DNA of 64,000 nucleotides, taken from NCBI GenBank assembly GCA_963662585.1, contig OY759729.1, positions 1,440,001-1,504,000 on the forward strand, given 5' to 3'. The notes beneath the pieces were generated by a model that did no database searches, had not been told where the DNA came from, and was given only the letters and a program-made list of their open reading frames with translations. The position numbers and the translations under genes were made by a program. Every line of letters begins with the position of its first letter. The first letter of the stretch is position 1. The stretch comes from Candidatus Cloacimonadales bacterium (lineage in GTDB: Bacteria > Cloacimonadota > Cloacimonadia > Cloacimonadales > JAFGVF01). Below are positions 61,504 to 64,000 of the stretch, piece after piece.

Positions 61504-63774
61504 TTAGTTAGGATTAGCAAATGGGAATCTTAAGATCATAGTATTACCTCTTTCAGAAATACCAGTACCTAAGACCATTGCTTCAACTTGAACTTGTTGT
61601 TGTCCTGGAGAAACTCCATCAGGTGATTGTAAGCCATCACCTCTGAGAACTTTCAATCTAATTTTTGCATAGCCATCTTCATCACTTACTGCAACATTGG
61701 TTTCATTCATCTGAACTATATAATCATAGAATGTACCTCTATCAGAAGTATATGTCCATCTTACATTAGGAGTAGGATAACCTTGTCCGTCGCGAGTTCT
61801 TATAGTAACGATAGCCCATAAGAAATCACCAAGAGATGCACCTGGATCTCCATCATAGAAATCAAGATGACCTGGTGATACTTGCATATCAGTATCAGGT
61901 TCATTCCAAGGAAGTTCCATGGTATAATTCTTAAATATTTCAACACCATTAGAACCTACACATACAGCTCTAAGTTCGATATCAGAATATGTTAAACTAC
62001 CACTATATGTAAGGAGAGTATATGCAACACCGATAGATGAGGTTGAGTCAATTTGAATTGCACCAGCATCTATTTCAGTAAGATAAGGTCCATTACCTGT
62101 GTAACCGTTACCTTGAATAGTAGCAGGAATAGAATTATTTTCTTCATCGATTTCAAAGAAAACAGCTGTACCGTAATCTACTGGGTTGTCATGAACATCT
62201 TTTACTGAAACAGCAACTAATAGTTCCCATAAACCCGCACCAACACTAGTACCTTGGTCGAATGATATATCACCCCAAGTAATACGAGCAGGAGGACCAG
62301 CATGAATTAGAATATTTGTTTTAGTTGCAGTAATAGCGTCAGGAATTGATACATCAGCTAAAGCTTCTCTATCATTAGCAACTCTAAGTTGAAGCACACC
62401 TGAACCTGCACCTGTTACAACAGAAACAGCAGCTTGTCCGCCACTCGAGGTAGAGTGAACAACACCAAATTCATCCTGACCACTTAAGTAAGCAGGTTGA
62501 TCTTGGTCTGCACCAGGGATAGTAGCATTAATAATTTTGAAGTAGATATCAGTAGCTCTATCAACTACATTTCCGTTAATATCAAATAATTTTACATATA
62601 AGATTTTGGAATCAATACCACCAGTATTAGCTACATTAAGGTGAACTTGTTCTGTTGTAGTAAATCTGATAGAATGTAATTCATCAGATTTAATTGTAAA
62701 TAATAACTCTGTAGAAAGAGTATCACTATTTGCATATGCTTTAATTGTAGCAGGACCTGCAGATAGACCAGGAGTAAAGATAACTTTACAAATACCCTCT
62801 GCATTAGTGCTTTGATTATAAACTTCTGAAGTGTTATAGAAGCTTCCTAAGTCTGTTTCAAATCTAATAACCTTATTTGGATTAGGGTTATTATAAGCGT
62901 CTTTTAAGTCAGCTTGAATAACGATATTATATTGATTATCAATAGTAGTTTCATTAGTTTCTTCAACAACAATAAGGTCATCATCTGCAAGATATGACAT
63001 TACTTGTAAGTTGAAAGGATTACCTGGTTTAACATTAAATGATCTTGATGCTTGAAGAGTATCAATTTTTACAGTTACATTACCAGTTCCAGCTTGTTGT
63101 CCAACATTTAGTGTTAAAGGAGCATTACCATTCTGAGTAGGAACGATAGCGATAGAACCTAAATTAGTTTCACCATCATCAGCTAAAAAGAAACCTCTAT
63201 CAGTTTCAAATCTGATCATTGTACTGTCAGCTACTGGACTAAGATTTACATCATAAACACGAGCTCTAACCATTACAGATTGATTAACGAAGAACTCATT
63301 AGATGAAATTTCAATATTAAGAGCACCAATAGGTGGTTTTTCTTCAATTAAAACTTGAATTTCCATTGAATTCTCAGCTGTTACTTCACCTGCAGTATAT
63401 TGAGAATAGGTATAGACAGTAGCAGTGATAGTAGCTAAACCAACCTCTCCTGAATCATAAAAAGGAACTTTAGCAATACCAGAATTATTAGTGTTAACAT
63501 CAGAAATAATGCTACCACGATCAGCTTGGAATCTAACTGGTATTTCAGATGCTCCAAAATTATTTTTATCTTTAACATAGGCACTAATATAACTAAAAGT
63601 CACATTATTATCTGCATATATTTTATCAACAGAGGATTCTAGCCTGGTAATTCGATACTCAGCCTGTGAAGATGTCGGAACATCCCTATTATCACAACCA
63701 CTAACCAATAACATGGCAAGCGATAGTAGAATCAACAATATTGTTAAATTTTTCAATTTCATTATTACTCCCAA
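61504..63774 (-). CDS. Lipoprotein with tandem Big_1/invasin-like Ig domains
   Basis: Lipobox VSGC; repeated (I/V)RFETD(R/L)G and T...G.A.V motifs; start probably at MKLKN. Confidence 0.75.
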   Translation of the reverse strand: MGVIMKLKNLTILLILLSLAMLLVSGCDNRDVPTSSQAEYRITRLESSVDKIYADNNVTFSYISAYVKDKNNFGASEIPVRFQADRGSIISDVNTNNSGIAKVPFYDSGEVGLATITATVYTYSQYTAGEVTAENSMEIQVLIEEKPPIGALNIEISSNEFFVNQSVMVRARVYDVNLSPVADSTMIRFETDRGFFLADDGETNLGSIAIVPTQNGNAPLTLNVGQQAGTGNVTVKIDTLQASRSFNVKPGNPFNLQVMSYLADDDLIVVEETNETTIDNQYNIVIQADLKDAYNNPNPNKVIRFETDLGSFYNTSEVYNQSTNAEGICKVIFTPGLSAGPATIKAYANSDTLSTELLFTIKSDELHSIRFTTTEQVHLNVANTGGIDSKILYVKLFDINGNVVDRATDIYFKIINATIPGADQDQPAYLSGQDEFGVVHSTSSGGQAAVSVVTGAGSGVLQLRVANDREALADVSIPDAITATKTNILIHAGPPARITWGDISFDQGTSVGAGLWELLVAVSVKDVHDNPVDYGTAVFFEIDEENNSIPATIQGNGYTGNGPYLTEIDAGAIQIDSTSSIGVAYTLLTYSGSLTYSDIELRAVCVGSNGVEIFKNYTMELPWNEPDTDMQVSPGHLDFYDGDPGASLGDFLWAIVTIRTRDGQGYPTPNVRWTYTSDRGTFYDYIVQMNETNVAVSDEDGYAKIRLKVLRGDGLQSPDGVSPGQQQVQVEAMVLGTGISERGNTMILRFPFANPN

Positions 63775-63781
63775 TTTGTTG

Positions 63782-64000
63782 TTACTCTTGTTCTTCGAAT
63801 TTGATTAAAGTCTCAGTCATAATGTCAGCTACTTCAAAAGTCTTATTAAAATCGCCGGCATTAACAACTGTTGGAGTCATTTCAATAATTAAATCAGTTT
63901 TTTCTAAAGTTTCAGTATTATGTCTGAAGAATTTTCCTACGAAAGGAATATCCCCTAAGAAAGGAACTTTGTTTTGACGAGTTGTCAATTGAGAAGATAA
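63782..64000 (-). CDS. Secretin (GspD/PilQ) C-terminal fragment (runs off window end)
   Basis: KVPFLGDIPFVGKFF...DLIIEMTP.VV; frame open to 64000. Confidence 0.88.
   Translation of the reverse strand, partial: LSSQLTTRQNKVPFLGDIPFVGKFFRHNTETLEKTDLIIEMTPTVVNAGDFNKTFEVADIMTETLIKFEEQE

Noticed and set aside
978..63977. Remaining short antisense ORFs overlapping long genes
   Set aside because: Opposite-strand shadows of well-supported genes

Overview
AT-rich diderm bacterial chromosome window. By inference it is FCB-superphylum, most like Candidatus Cloacimonadota: many secreted proteins end in a 'YPNPFNP' FlgD-Ig/T9SS-type C-terminal domain (CTD), a PorV-like gene is present, and the gene order is rplM-rpsI-rpsB-tsf-pyrH-frr. 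Core genes: bamD (partial), cpoB-like, M18 aminopeptidase, greA, S8 and M6-like proteases, hppA, an ABC exporter pair, translation genes and T2SS/T4P secretin-ATPase-platform genes. An accessory island at about 25.5-40.5 kb holds a Type IIG-like R-M pair, decayed mobile-element genes and a candidate lipoprotein toxin/immunity pair. It also holds the most interesting structure, a repeated cassette: constant ~445-bp 5' module (promoter, leader ORF with an (AT)n tract, hairpins, signal peptide), then a variable small secreted protein ending in DPG, a hairpin, a variable ~750-aa propeller-like protein, and a constant ~105-aa CTD. It is present as two complete copies plus one 5'-truncated copy. The window also has a class IIC-type group II intron behind the frr terminator, a MITE family with 8-bp target duplications (3 copies) and large REP/BIME-like repeat mosaics. 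No rRNA, tRNA or CRISPR array was recognised. All family assignments come from motif recognition by eye, not database searches.
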